A stretch of DNA of 60,583 nt, from contig JANPEF010000017.1 in assembly GCA_031431875.1 (NCBI GenBank), positions 1-60,583 of the forward strand, given 5' to 3'. The notes beneath the pieces were generated by a model, which searched no databases, was not told the DNA's origin, and saw nothing but the letters and a program-made list of their open reading frames with translations. Of this stretch, positions 10,646-19,879 are shown piece after piece. Position numbers and translations under genes: made by a program. Numbering within the stretch: the stretch's first letter is position 1; each line of letters opens with the position of its first letter. This DNA comes from Candidatus Eiseniibacteriota bacterium (GTDB taxonomy: Bacteria; Eisenbacteria; RBG-16-71-46; DASYSL01).

Positions 10646-10859
10646 GGTCCCTCGAGAAACTGCGGATTCATCGTTGCCGCGCTCTCTACAGCACTGCGCG
10701 ATTCACCAGAGTGAACAAGTTCGCGGCTACTATGGTCTCATCGTGTTCGTCTCCTTGCCGCCGGACGGTCGCGCATGGCACAGTCGCCGGCAGCCGCGAC
10801 CTGGTGGGTCCGATCGGTGCCAGGCCTGGAGTCACGATTTCGATAGGGGAGAGGGTTTG

Positions 10860-11420
10860 ATGCGGCTGACACTTGGCGGGGTTCGCTCGGAAGTGGAGGG
10901 CCACTCGAAACCGGCCCCGGCCGGGCTGTGTAACGAGTGGCTTGAAGAGTGGGGGTCCATCTGGGGAGTACCTCAACTAGCTGCGGGTCTTCGTGTCGTA
11001 TTTAGTCCTCGGCTCACTCGCACACTTGGTCGGTGCACGCCGCATGCGGGCAGCATTCGCTTGAATCCGTGTCTTCAGATTGCCTCGATTGACGTCCTTC
11101 GCGAAGTGGTCTGCCATGAAGCTGCTCATGTTGCTGTTTGGATGCTCCGCCGAGCAGCAGAGCGGCCTCACGGGGATCACTGGCGAGCTCTCGTTCGATT
11201 GATCGGATACGAGCCGAGCGCACGATTGACAGTGGCTGTCGGCCCCAGTCCGCGTGGGCGCGCACGACGTGAGTCGCTCCGATACGTTCACGCGTGCACT
11301 GTGTGCGGTTCCTCTTGGATCGCAATGCGCAGGGTCTCAACCTGGCGATGCGGCACCTGCCTCGGTGCCGGGCTTGATGGCCGGCTAGAGGTCTCGACTC
11401 GTTCGGTGAAATCACGGTGA
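10860..11420 (+). CDS. SprT-like zinc metalloprotease
   Basis: RLTRTLGR, HEAAH, HGDHWR motifs and C-terminal CTVC...CGTC zinc ribbon; start uncertain. Confidence 0.8.
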   Translation: MRLTLGGVRSEVEGHSKPAPAGLCNEWLEEWGSIWGVPQLAAGLRVVFSPRLTRTLGRCTPHAGSIRLNPCLQIASIDVLREVVCHEAAHVAVWMLRRAAERPHGDHWRALVRLIGYEPSARLTVAVGPSPRGRARRESLRYVHACTVCGSSWIAMRRVSTWRCGTCLGAGLDGRLEVSTRSVKSR

Positions 11421-14400
11421 AGAGCCTGGTTTGCCCATATTGCGAAACGGCCCCGTCCGACATCATTTGGACAGGTCTCTCTTCCTTGGCGGTTTGGAGT
11501 GCCGTGCCCCTGGCGGATGGTCACGCGCTGGTCCACCCGAAGCGACATATTGGGTCGTGGTTTCATGCTACTGACGCGGAACGAGGCGAGCTGATCGCGG
11601 CGATCGAGCACATGCGGGCCGTGATCCAGGATAGATATCGTCCGAGTGGGTTCCGCGTTAGCTGGAGCGAGGGTCTCGCAGATAGCCAGGCCAGCGCGCA
11701 CTTCCGGATCCACGTGGTGCCCCAGTATCCAGGCGCCGACACCCCGTCCGCTAGTGCCTTCGATGCCGGTGGATCTTCCTGGGAAGACGAACAGGCCTTG
11801 ATTCAGGGCGGGTCCGACCCATTCCTACCTCACCTCTGGCGGCAGCTGGATCAGTGTAGGCACGTGGATATTGCTGTCGCCTTCGTCCAGTACAGCGGCC
11901 TGAAGCAGCTCATTCCTCAGCTTGAAGACCTCATCGAGCGAGGTGGAAACGTCCGAATCCTGACCGGTGACTACTTTGACGTCTCCGACCCGGACGCACT
12001 GCAGTGGCTACTAGATCTCTCACTCGCGACGGACACTGGCAAGCGGCTGTCTCTTCGAATCTTCGAAACCGGCGGGCGCGGAAGCTTCCACCCCAAAGCC
12101 TACATCTTCCGTGGGGATGGAGGATCCGCGACGGCATACGTTGGCAGTTCAAACATTTCCAGGACGGCATTCAACGAAGGGATCGAGTGGAACTACCGCA
12201 TTCTCCAAGCAAGAGACAGCAGTGGGATGCGAGAAGTGTCGAGTGCCTTCGAGCGCCTGTGGACGCACGTGCAAACCAGAGTCGTGGATCAGCCCTGGCT
12301 GGATACGTATCGGGCGCGCAGGCTACCAGTTGTGGCACCCCTCGAGGTATCGAAGGAGCTGCCGCCACCGCCACCGGAACCGCACGATGTGCAGCGCAGC
12401 GCACTGAGGCGTCTTGAGGCAACCCGGGCTCAGAGGAACGCGGCAGGACTCGTTGTCCTCGCGACGGGGCTGGGGAAGACCTGGCTGAGCGCCTTCGACT
12501 CGCATCGTCCCGAGTTTCCTCGTGTCTTGTTTGTCGCCCACCGCGAGGAGATTCTCTCGCAGGCATTGCATACCTTTCGGCGCATTCGCCCAAATGCTCA
12601 TCTGGGGCTCTACACCGGAGCGGAAAAGGTTCCAGATGCCGAAGTGCTCTTTGCGGCCGTCCAGACGCTCAGCAAGCGTGCGAACCTGCGCAACTTCGAC
12701 CGAGATCGTTTTGACTACATCATTGTGGACGAGTTTCATCATGCGGCCGCCGCGACGTATCGACGACTCATTGACCACTTCACGCCAAAGTTTCTGCTTG
12801 GCCTGACAGCGACGCCTGAGCGGACGGACGGAGGCGATCTCCTTGGCCTATGTCAGGAGAATCTCGTCTATCGATGCGACCTCTTCGAGGGCATTGCTAA
12901 AGGCTACTTGAGCGCGTTTCGCTACTTCGGTGTTCCGGATGACATCGACTATGCGCAGATCCCATGGCGAAGCAGCCGCTTTGACGAGTCGGCGCTGACC
13001 GAGGCAGCGGCGACACAGAGCCGCGCCGCGAATGCCTTCGAGCAGTGGGGCAAGCATGGAGGCAGCGGGACCAAGACCCTCGGCTTTTGCTGTTCGATGA
13101 GGCATGCGGACTTTATGGCTGAGTACTTTGCGGACCGCGGAGTTAGGGCAGTCGCTGTGCACTCAGGAAGCTCAAGCGCGCCACGGACCAGTTCGCTGGA
13201 GCGACTGCGGCAGGGGGATCTTGATGTCGTATTTGCGGTAGACATGTTTAATGAGGGAGTTGATCTGCCGGAGGTCGATACGATCCTGATGTTGCGGCCA
13301 ACAGAGTCGCGGGTGCTATGGCTGCAGCAGTTCGGGCGTGGGCTGCGCAAATCTGAGGGTAAGCGCAGCCTGACCGTCGTTGACTACATTGGAAACCATA
13401 GGATCTTCCTTCTCAAGCCCCAAGCGCTGCTTGGAATTGGCTCAGACCGCCGTGATCTAGCGCGCGCCCTGGATCAGTATGAAGTGGGACTGCTCGAACT
13501 TCCGCCCGGCTGCGAGGTCACCTACGAGCTCGAGGCTCTGGCTCTTCTCCGCTCGCAAGTCGGTCCAATGAGCAGTGCCCCGGAGGCACTGCGCACGTTC
13601 TACAGCGAGTTTAAGGAGCGAACTGGTCGGAGGCCGACGGCCAGCGAAGCGTTCCACGAGGGCTATTCGCCGCGTTCGGTTCGCCCTTCCGATGGCTCGT
13701 GGATCGGCTTCGTCGCCAACCAGGGTGATCTCGAGCCCTCGGGCCAGGGAGCCCGAGCAGCCGCAGGTGAATTCCTTTCCTGCCTTGAGACCACGCCAAT
13801 GGTCCGCAGCTACAAGATGACCCTGCCGCTTGCGATGCTGAACCGAGATGCGCTCCCGGGATCGGTCGCAATTGACGAGCTTACGGATGAGTTTGCCCGC
13901 ATATCTGCGAGATCCGCGCGGGTCAGGGAGGATGTGAGTGTCGAGCTCGAGGATCGCTCTGCCTTGCGCACTATGCTCGAGCAGGATCCAATTCGGGCAT
14001 GGGTGACAGGCGATGACACAGACGGTACCAAGTACTTCGCCTACAGCGATCGGATGCTGCGTTTCCTCACACCCGTGCCGGAGGCAAGCCGATCCGCATT
14101 TCAGGAACTCGTTCGCGAGCTGCTTGAGTGGCGGCTGGCCGAGTACCTGCGGAGCAATCCTCAGGACCTAGCGACCGCGGGATTTGAGTGTAGGGTCTCG
14201 CAGGCAGGCGATGAACCTCTGTTGCAGCTGCCGTCCCGCGATCAGGCGACCCCTATTCCCGTCGGCTGGACGCCCCTTGAGATCGATGCCACCCGAGTGC
14301 TCGCAAAGTTTGACCAAACGCAGCTTGATGAGCTTCGGGATGAGGCCGCTCCGGGGAATCGACTCCCAGAAATCCTACGAGACTGGTTTGGACCAGACGC

Positions 14401-14938
14401 AGGCATGCCCGGAACAGATCACCGAGTCGTGTTCCGAAAGCGCGAGAGCGGATGGTCTGCGACTCCTGCGTCAGAGGCAGGTTTCGCGCGCGCTCTTCGG
14501 GTTGGACGGAGCTACCGGCGCGAAGACGTCGCGGCCGCTTTTGGGACTACGTATAAGGGACAGACGTGGCAGAGCGGGATTGTGCCTGTCGCAGACGCGC
14601 TAGTTCTCTTTGTGACCTTAAACAAGAATCAGATGAGCGAGAAGTCCCAGTACAAGGATCACTTCATCTCGGGGGAAGTGTTCGAGTGGCAGAGCCAGAA
14701 CCAAACGGCCCAGCGCGGCAAGGTCGGCCAGAAGATCTCCAGGCATCGGGAGCTCGGTGTTGCGATTCACCTGTTTGTTCGAAAGGAAGGCAAGGAGCGA
14801 GGTAGAACGATGCCGTTCTATTATTGTGGCCTGCTTGACTTCCTGGAATGGGAGGGAGAGAAACCGATTACGGTCAAGTGGCGGCTGCGTGAGCCCCTCA
14901 GCGGAGGATTGCAGGCGCACCTCAGCGTGACTGGATAA
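11417..14938 (+). CDS. HIT-like + PLD nuclease + SF2 (ResIII-type) helicase + DUF3427 fusion (SauUSI-like architecture)
   Basis: HALVHPKRH/HFRIHVVP (HIT-like); FHPKAYIF..VGSSN..IEWN (PLD); ATGLGKT, DEFHH, TATPER, QQFGRGLR (SF2); LFVTLNK..FEWQSQN..LFVRK (DUF3427). Confidence 0.85.
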   Translation: MKSLVCPYCETAPSDIIWTGLSSLAVWSAVPLADGHALVHPKRHIGSWFHATDAERGELIAAIEHMRAVIQDRYRPSGFRVSWSEGLADSQASAHFRIHVVPQYPGADTPSASAFDAGGSSWEDEQALIQGGSDPFLPHLWRQLDQCRHVDIAVAFVQYSGLKQLIPQLEDLIERGGNVRILTGDYFDVSDPDALQWLLDLSLATDTGKRLSLRIFETGGRGSFHPKAYIFRGDGGSATAYVGSSNISRTAFNEGIEWNYRILQARDSSGMREVSSAFERLWTHVQTRVVDQPWLDTYRARRLPVVAPLEVSKELPPPPPEPHDVQRSALRRLEATRAQRNAAGLVVLATGLGKTWLSAFDSHRPEFPRVLFVAHREEILSQALHTFRRIRPNAHLGLYTGAEKVPDAEVLFAAVQTLSKRANLRNFDRDRFDYIIVDEFHHAAAATYRRLIDHFTPKFLLGLTATPERTDGGDLLGLCQENLVYRCDLFEGIAKGYLSAFRYFGVPDDIDYAQIPWRSSRFDESALTEAAATQSRAANAFEQWGKHGGSGTKTLGFCCSMRHADFMAEYFADRGVRAVAVHSGSSSAPRTSSLERLRQGDLDVVFAVDMFNEGVDLPEVDTILMLRPTESRVLWLQQFGRGLRKSEGKRSLTVVDYIGNHRIFLLKPQALLGIGSDRRDLARALDQYEVGLLELPPGCEVTYELEALALLRSQVGPMSSAPEALRTFYSEFKERTGRRPTASEAFHEGYSPRSVRPSDGSWIGFVANQGDLEPSGQGARAAAGEFLSCLETTPMVRSYKMTLPLAMLNRDALPGSVAIDELTDEFARISARSARVREDVSVELEDRSALRTMLEQDPIRAWVTGDDTDGTKYFAYSDRMLRFLTPVPEASRSAFQELVRELLEWRLAEYLRSNPQDLATAGFECRVSQAGDEPLLQLPSRDQATPIPVGWTPLEIDATRVLAKFDQTQLDELRDEAAPGNRLPEILRDWFGPDAGMPGTDHRVVFRKRESGWSATPASEAGFARALRVGRSYRREDVAAAFGTTYKGQTWQSGIVPVADALVLFVTLNKNQMSEKSQYKDHFISGEVFEWQSQNQTAQRGKVGQKISRHRELGVAIHLFVRKEGKERGRTMPFYYCGLLDFLEWEGEKPITVKWRLREPLSGGLQAHLSVTG

Positions 14939-15142
14939 GCCGAGGATGGCGGTGCAATGCTCTGCGCTTCGCGAGGCGAATTGCTGGCCCGCCTGCTAAA
15001 CGTCGTCACTGCCCAAACAGAGGGGCGAACCGGGAACTCCGTCCAAATCTTGCCACCCCCTCCTCCCAGCCCCATCTGCTACAGTCGCCGCCCTCGTTCA
15101 ATCCTCCCCCTTGATTCGAGGCCCTACTCGGAGACCTCCGCC

Positions 15143-17704
15143 ATGCGACCGCGACCGCTCTTGCCGCGCCTGCTGTTCCTTGCCATCGCGGCCTTTGCGG
15201 CCGCTCTCGCTGTTCCTGCAAGTTCTGCCGAGTACCGGTGGGCGCCGACGGGGCCGCCCAACTGGAATGCTCCGGGTAGCTGGTCGCCGGCGCGCATTGC
15301 TCCGGCGGCGACGGATCGGCTGGTGTTCGACAGCGGGACGATCGTCTCGGCGACGAACGTGTCCACCCAGACGATCGGGCAGCTCGTCGTCAGCAACAGC
15401 ACGCAGGTCACGTTCTTCGGCAACCTCGCTCTCAACACACTCACCATCGCCGGCGACACGGGGGCGGATCTCGAGATCACCGCGGGCTCGTCGGTGCTCG
15501 TCGCGGGGGCGAACGCGCTCGTGATCAATCTCGGGACGGGAGCGACCGGGTCGATCGCGGGGGACTACCGTGTGACCGCCGCCGCCCATCGCCTCCAGGC
15601 GCTCGACGTCGATGCGATCGTGTTCGCGGCAGGGGGGCGCGCCTCGGCCGAAGTGAACTTCAGTGGCAATCTCTTCGGGAATGGAAGCGGGCCCAGTGCG
15701 CTCAACTCGGTGCGTTTCCAGGCCGGGTCCACGTATGCGCAATTCGCGGGGGCGAATCCGTTCGGGGCGGGACAGCCCAGCTCGGTCGTGACCTTCGCAC
15801 CGGGAAGCAAGTACCAGCTGAACGGCACGATGGCGCCGGCGACCTCGGGGCGGACGTTCGCGAACTTCGAGTACAACGGTCCGGGCCTCGCGGTGGGAGC
15901 CGGCTCCGCAGCCTGTTCGATCGACAGCATCGTCGTCAACGCGGGCACCCTCTCGCTCGAGTTGACCGGACCCCTCAGCCTGCGCGGCTCGATGCGCGTC
16001 CGCCCGGGCGCGCTCCTGAACATCGGCCCGAACACCGGGACCGCGAACTACCGCCTCAACGGCACCGCGACGCAGGCCCTGATCGACTCGAGCGGGAACC
16101 CCTCCAGCAACCCGGGAATCAACTTCCGGCGGTCCGTGACCGTCACGCTCGACAATCCCGCGGGAATCGTCTCCGACGGGGGAACCGGGATCATCACGAT
16201 CCCGGGGACGCTTGAGTTCGTCCAGGGAATCGCCACGCTGAGCCTGAGCCAGGCGCTCACCGGAACGACGAGCGGGGCCTCGGCGGCGACAGGTTGGGTC
16301 AACGGCCGAATCGTCAGCTACAACATGATCCCGTCCGCGCCGACGCATACGTTCCCCGTCGGGACGGCCACGTCGTATCTGCCGGTCGACCTCACCGTGA
16401 ACGGAATGACCGACTCGATCAGCACGGGCGCCCTGGTCCACTCGGACGTCGCGTTCAATCCGGCGTACTTCTTCGGCAGCCAGCTCGACACGGCGCAGAT
16501 TGTCACGCAGAGCTGGCTGATCGGGATCCTCGACACGCTCGCGTGGAGCAGCTTCGACGCCGTGATGCACTTTGGCCCGGGCGACTACGGCGCCGGCGCC
16601 GATCCGGCGACGTTCGTCGCCCGCAAGCAATCCTACCGGGTCGGGCCGACCACTCCCGCGGACTTCCAGTGGCGCACCGCGCCGACCGGGGTGCGCACGG
16701 CGACGAGCCACCAGGTCGTGGGCGTGACGCGCCGTATCCCCAGCAACACGAACTTCAACTTCGCGGTGGGCGAGCCGACCGTCGTACGGGTGTCTGCACT
16801 CGACGGGGAGAAGCTCGAGGGCGTCGGCACCCTGGACATCCGCGTGGTCCTCTCCGAGGGGGCGACCGAGCCGGTGGGCGTGAGTTACGAGACCGTCAGC
16901 GGGTCGGCGGAGGAAGCCGTCGACTTCGCGCCGAGGAGCGGAACCTTCTCGTTCGCCGAAGGCGACACTGTGCGCGTGGTGCACGTGCCGACCAGTCCCG
17001 ACAGCGACCCGGAGAACCACGAGACCTTCACGGTCGTGCTGTCGAACCCGTTCGCCGGCATCGTGCTCGATCGGGACGTGGCGACGGGAACGATCCTCGA
17101 CGACGACGACGTCACGCCGCCAAGCGTGACCGTGCTCGCGCCCAACGGCGGGGAGTCGATCCTCGAGGGCGCGAGCGTGGACCTCGAGTGGCTCGCGACC
17201 GACGACGTGGTCGTCAACGCGGTCGATCTCTACGTGTCGCGTGATGACGGCGGAACGTACGAACCGATCGCGACGGGGCTCGCCAACTCGGGGAGCTTCA
17301 GCTGGGCCGCGACGGGACCGCTGACGCAGCTCGCCCGTTTCAAGGCGATCGCGGCGGATCATCACCTGCAACTCGGGGAAGACGCCAGCGACGCCGCGTG
17401 GGCGATCACGGACGCGACCGGAGTCGAGCCGGCGCTGCCGATCGCGTTCGCGCTCGACCTCGCTTCGGCAAATCCGTCGCGCGGGACGTGCCGCATTCGC
17501 TACGCGCTGCCGCGCGACCAGCACGTGCGCCTCGCCATCCTCGACGTGCGCGGTCGCATCGTGGCGGCACTGCGCAACGTGGACGAGGCCGCGGGTGTGC
17601 ATGAAGTCGCGTGGGAGGGGGGCGATGTCCCGGTGGGCATCTACTTCGTGCGGATCCAGACCGAGGAGTGGACGGCGCAGCGGAAGATCGCGCGCTTGCC
17701 TTGA
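15143..17704 (+). CDS. large secreted beta-rich protein with Calx-beta domain, Ig-like domain and C-terminal FlgD/T9SS-like Ig domain
   Basis: signal peptide; GSAEEAVDF..G..F..D...E..ETFTVVLSNP..GTILDDD (Calx-beta); VLAPNGGE; NPSR..IRYALP..ILDVRGR..GIYFVR C-terminal domain. Confidence 0.8.
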   Translation: MRPRPLLPRLLFLAIAAFAAALAVPASSAEYRWAPTGPPNWNAPGSWSPARIAPAATDRLVFDSGTIVSATNVSTQTIGQLVVSNSTQVTFFGNLALNTLTIAGDTGADLEITAGSSVLVAGANALVINLGTGATGSIAGDYRVTAAAHRLQALDVDAIVFAAGGRASAEVNFSGNLFGNGSGPSALNSVRFQAGSTYAQFAGANPFGAGQPSSVVTFAPGSKYQLNGTMAPATSGRTFANFEYNGPGLAVGAGSAACSIDSIVVNAGTLSLELTGPLSLRGSMRVRPGALLNIGPNTGTANYRLNGTATQALIDSSGNPSSNPGINFRRSVTVTLDNPAGIVSDGGTGIITIPGTLEFVQGIATLSLSQALTGTTSGASAATGWVNGRIVSYNMIPSAPTHTFPVGTATSYLPVDLTVNGMTDSISTGALVHSDVAFNPAYFFGSQLDTAQIVTQSWLIGILDTLAWSSFDAVMHFGPGDYGAGADPATFVARKQSYRVGPTTPADFQWRTAPTGVRTATSHQVVGVTRRIPSNTNFNFAVGEPTVVRVSALDGEKLEGVGTLDIRVVLSEGATEPVGVSYETVSGSAEEAVDFAPRSGTFSFAEGDTVRVVHVPTSPDSDPENHETFTVVLSNPFAGIVLDRDVATGTILDDDDVTPPSVTVLAPNGGESILEGASVDLEWLATDDVVVNAVDLYVSRDDGGTYEPIATGLANSGSFSWAATGPLTQLARFKAIAADHHLQLGEDASDAAWAITDATGVEPALPIAFALDLASANPSRGTCRIRYALPRDQHVRLAILDVRGRIVAALRNVDEAAGVHEVAWEGGDVPVGIYFVRIQTEEWTAQRKIARLP

Positions 17705-17708
17705 GGAG

Positions 17709-19046
17709 CTAGCGCGCGATCGGCGCGCCGCTGGACGTCAACAGGACTTCTGTGTGCGCGCCGGTCGCGAGCTGCGCGGACTCCGGCTCCACGATCGCGA
17801 AGCCCGTCGCCTTCATCACCGAACTCACCGCCCCGCTCGACTGCGTTCCGGTCAGCCAGGCCCGGTAGGGCGCTCCGACGTGTGTGGTCTCCTCGGCGGA
17901 GAGCGCCTCCAGCCGCACGCGCAGGAAGTCGCGCCGGCCGACCTTCGACGTCACCGCCTCGGCCATGATGGCCCGCACGACTGGCCGATCGAGCGTCGAG
18001 CGGCCCATCATCCGCCAGAGCGCGGGGCGCACGAGCATCTCGAAGACGACGGCCGAGGAGACCGGGTTTCCTGGCAGGCCGAAGAACAGCTTGCCGCCTT
18101 CGAGGACGCCGAAGGCCTGGGGCTGGCCGGGGCGCATGCCGACGCGCCAGAGTTCCACTGCCGGCATGTCGACGAGGGCCTGTTTTACCGGATCGAAGTC
18201 GCCGGCGGAGACGCCGCCGATCGAGACGATGACGTCGCAGTGGTCCTTGACGCGGGCGATGGCGTCGCCGATCGCGGTGGGATCGTCGGCGAGGTGCCAG
18301 CAGGGGCCGGGCTCGCCGCCGGCCTCGCGGATCATCGCGCGGATCATGTGCAGGTTCGAGTCGCGGACCTGGCCGGGCTCGACGGGTTTGCCGAGCCCGA
18401 TGAGTTCGTTGCCGGTCGAGAGGATGGCCACTCGCGGGCGGATCGACACGTCGGCCTCGGCGTGACCGAGCGTGGCCATGACCGCGATCACCGCGGCATC
18501 GACGACGGTGCCCGACTCGACGAGGCGCTCGCCGATTCCGAAGTCCTCGCCGACGGGGCGGACGTTCTCACCCGGGCGGACCGCGGAGTGGATGTCGACG
18601 GTGTCCCCGGGGTCCGGGACGGGACCGCCGAGAACGCCTTCGGGATCGCCCACCGCGGCCTGCCAGGCGGAGGTCCGTTCGATCGCGACCACGGCATCGG
18701 CCCCTGCGGGCAGGACCGCGCCGGTCATGATGCGGATCGCCTCGCCGGGGCCGACGGGGCGGGATGCGACCCGACCGGCGCCGATCGTCTCGAGGACGCG
18801 CAGGATTGTCGGAGCTGCTGTGGTGGCGCTCGCGACCGACTTCGCCTGGACCGCGAATCCATCCATTGCCGAGTTCGCGTACGGCGGGAACGCTTCGTCG
18901 GCGACGATGGCTTCGCGCAGCGTGCGGCCGAGGGCGTCATCGAGGGGGATGCGTTCGGTCGGGAGTTCCTGCTGACGCGCGGCGCGGAGGATGGTCGCGA
19001 GCGCCTCGTCGAACGAGATGGCGCGACGGCTCACGGCCGTCGCCAT
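17709..19046 (-). CDS. moeA: molybdopterin molybdotransferase
   Basis: PPYANSAMDGFA, IMTGAVLP, STGNEL and GLPGNPVS motifs. Confidence 0.95.
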   Translation of the reverse strand: MATAVSRRAISFDEALATILRAARQQELPTERIPLDDALGRTLREAIVADEAFPPYANSAMDGFAVQAKSVASATTAAPTILRVLETIGAGRVASRPVGPGEAIRIMTGAVLPAGADAVVAIERTSAWQAAVGDPEGVLGGPVPDPGDTVDIHSAVRPGENVRPVGEDFGIGERLVESGTVVDAAVIAVMATLGHAEADVSIRPRVAILSTGNELIGLGKPVEPGQVRDSNLHMIRAMIREAGGEPGPCWHLADDPTAIGDAIARVKDHCDVIVSIGGVSAGDFDPVKQALVDMPAVELWRVGMRPGQPQAFGVLEGGKLFFGLPGNPVSSAVVFEMLVRPALWRMMGRSTLDRPVVRAIMAEAVTSKVGRRDFLRVRLEALSAEETTHVGAPYRAWLTGTQSSGAVSSVMKATGFAIVEPESAQLATGAHTEVLLTSSGAPIAR

Positions 19047-19600
19047 GTTCCGCTGCGGCCGCCCTTCTTCTCCCACAGGGCGATCTCGCCGATGACCATG
19101 CCGCGGTCGACGGCCTTCAGCATGTCGTAGACCGTGAGTGCGCAGACGGCGACGGCGGTGAGCGCTTCCATCTCGACGCCGGTGCGGCCGTTGGTGGCGA
19201 CGCGGACCTCGATCGCCAGCGACGGGCCGGCGTCGTCGAAGTCGTAGCGCACGTCGATGCCCTCGAGCGGAATCGAGTGCGCCAGCGGGATGAGCTCGGC
19301 GCAGCGCTTGGCGGCCTGGATCGCGGCGACTTGCGCCACGGTCAGCACGTCGCCTTTGGCGGCGGCGTGCGAGCGCAGCAGGGCGAGTGTGGCGGCGTGC
19401 ATGAAGACCCGGCCGCGGGCGGTGGCTTCGCGCTGGGTGACGTCCTTGGTGCCGACGTCGACCATGCGCGCCTTGCCGTGCTCGTCGAGGTGGGAGGGCT
19501 GCGCTTTCGCCGCGGCCCGCGCGCCGTGCGCGACTTTGCCTGCGGCCGCGCGGGGCGCGGCTTTCTTCGGCTTCGGGCTGGGGCGGCGGGAGGTGGGCAT
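19031..19600 (-). CDS. moaC: cyclic pyranopterin monophosphate synthase
   Basis: SHLD..G.ARMVDV, LIPLAH, TGVEMEAL and YDMLKAVD motifs; basic N-terminal extension. Confidence 0.95.
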   Translation of the reverse strand: MPTSRRPSPKPKKAAPRAAAGKVAHGARAAAKAQPSHLDEHGKARMVDVGTKDVTQREATARGRVFMHAATLALLRSHAAAKGDVLTVAQVAAIQAAKRCAELIPLAHSIPLEGIDVRYDFDDAGPSLAIEVRVATNGRTGVEMEALTAVAVCALTVYDMLKAVDRGMVIGEIALWEKKGGRSGTWRRP

Positions 19601-19764
19601 CGCGGCGAGACTAGGGGAGCGCCCAGAAGGTGTCAAACGCGCGGGGCGGTTGTGTCTTGGTCGTGCCCAAGCGGAATGGGCGATGAGGTCGACATCTCGA
19701 AGTCCCCAGAACGCATTGAAACAAAAGCTGATAGGAGACTCACTACGGAGAACTCTTTTGCCTC

Positions 19765-19793
19765 TTGAACCGGAGAGCCAGCTTGCCGATACT
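19765..19793 (+). promoter_or_regulatory. sigma70-type promoter for the leader RNA/NYN gene
   Basis: TTGAAC-N17-GATACT ending 7 bp before the first hairpin. Confidence 0.55.
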
Positions 19794-19800
19794 TTCACTT

Positions 19801-19868
19801 CAAGCCCTTACGGGGGCTTGGCTCTAATCCCCCCGGCGCCCCTCGGGTCGCCGGGGTTTTCCTTTTCT
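19801..19868 (+). ncRNA. putative structured leader RNA: UACG-loop hairpin followed by an intrinsic terminator
   Basis: CAAGCCCT-TACG-GGGGCTTG (19801-19820); CCCCGGCG...CGCCGGGG (19831-19856) followed by TTTTCCTTTTCT. Confidence 0.5.
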
Positions 19869-19879
19869 CGGGGGAGTCA

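Noticed and set aside
10646..15140. The island as an autonomous mobile element
   Set aside because: No transposase or integrase, terminal repeats or target duplication detected by eye
15098..17602. Very long antisense or alternate-frame ORFs (also 21396-23822, 52571-55435 and others)
   Set aside because: Shadow ORFs expected in high-GC coding DNA; Arg/Ala/Pro-rich with no motifs
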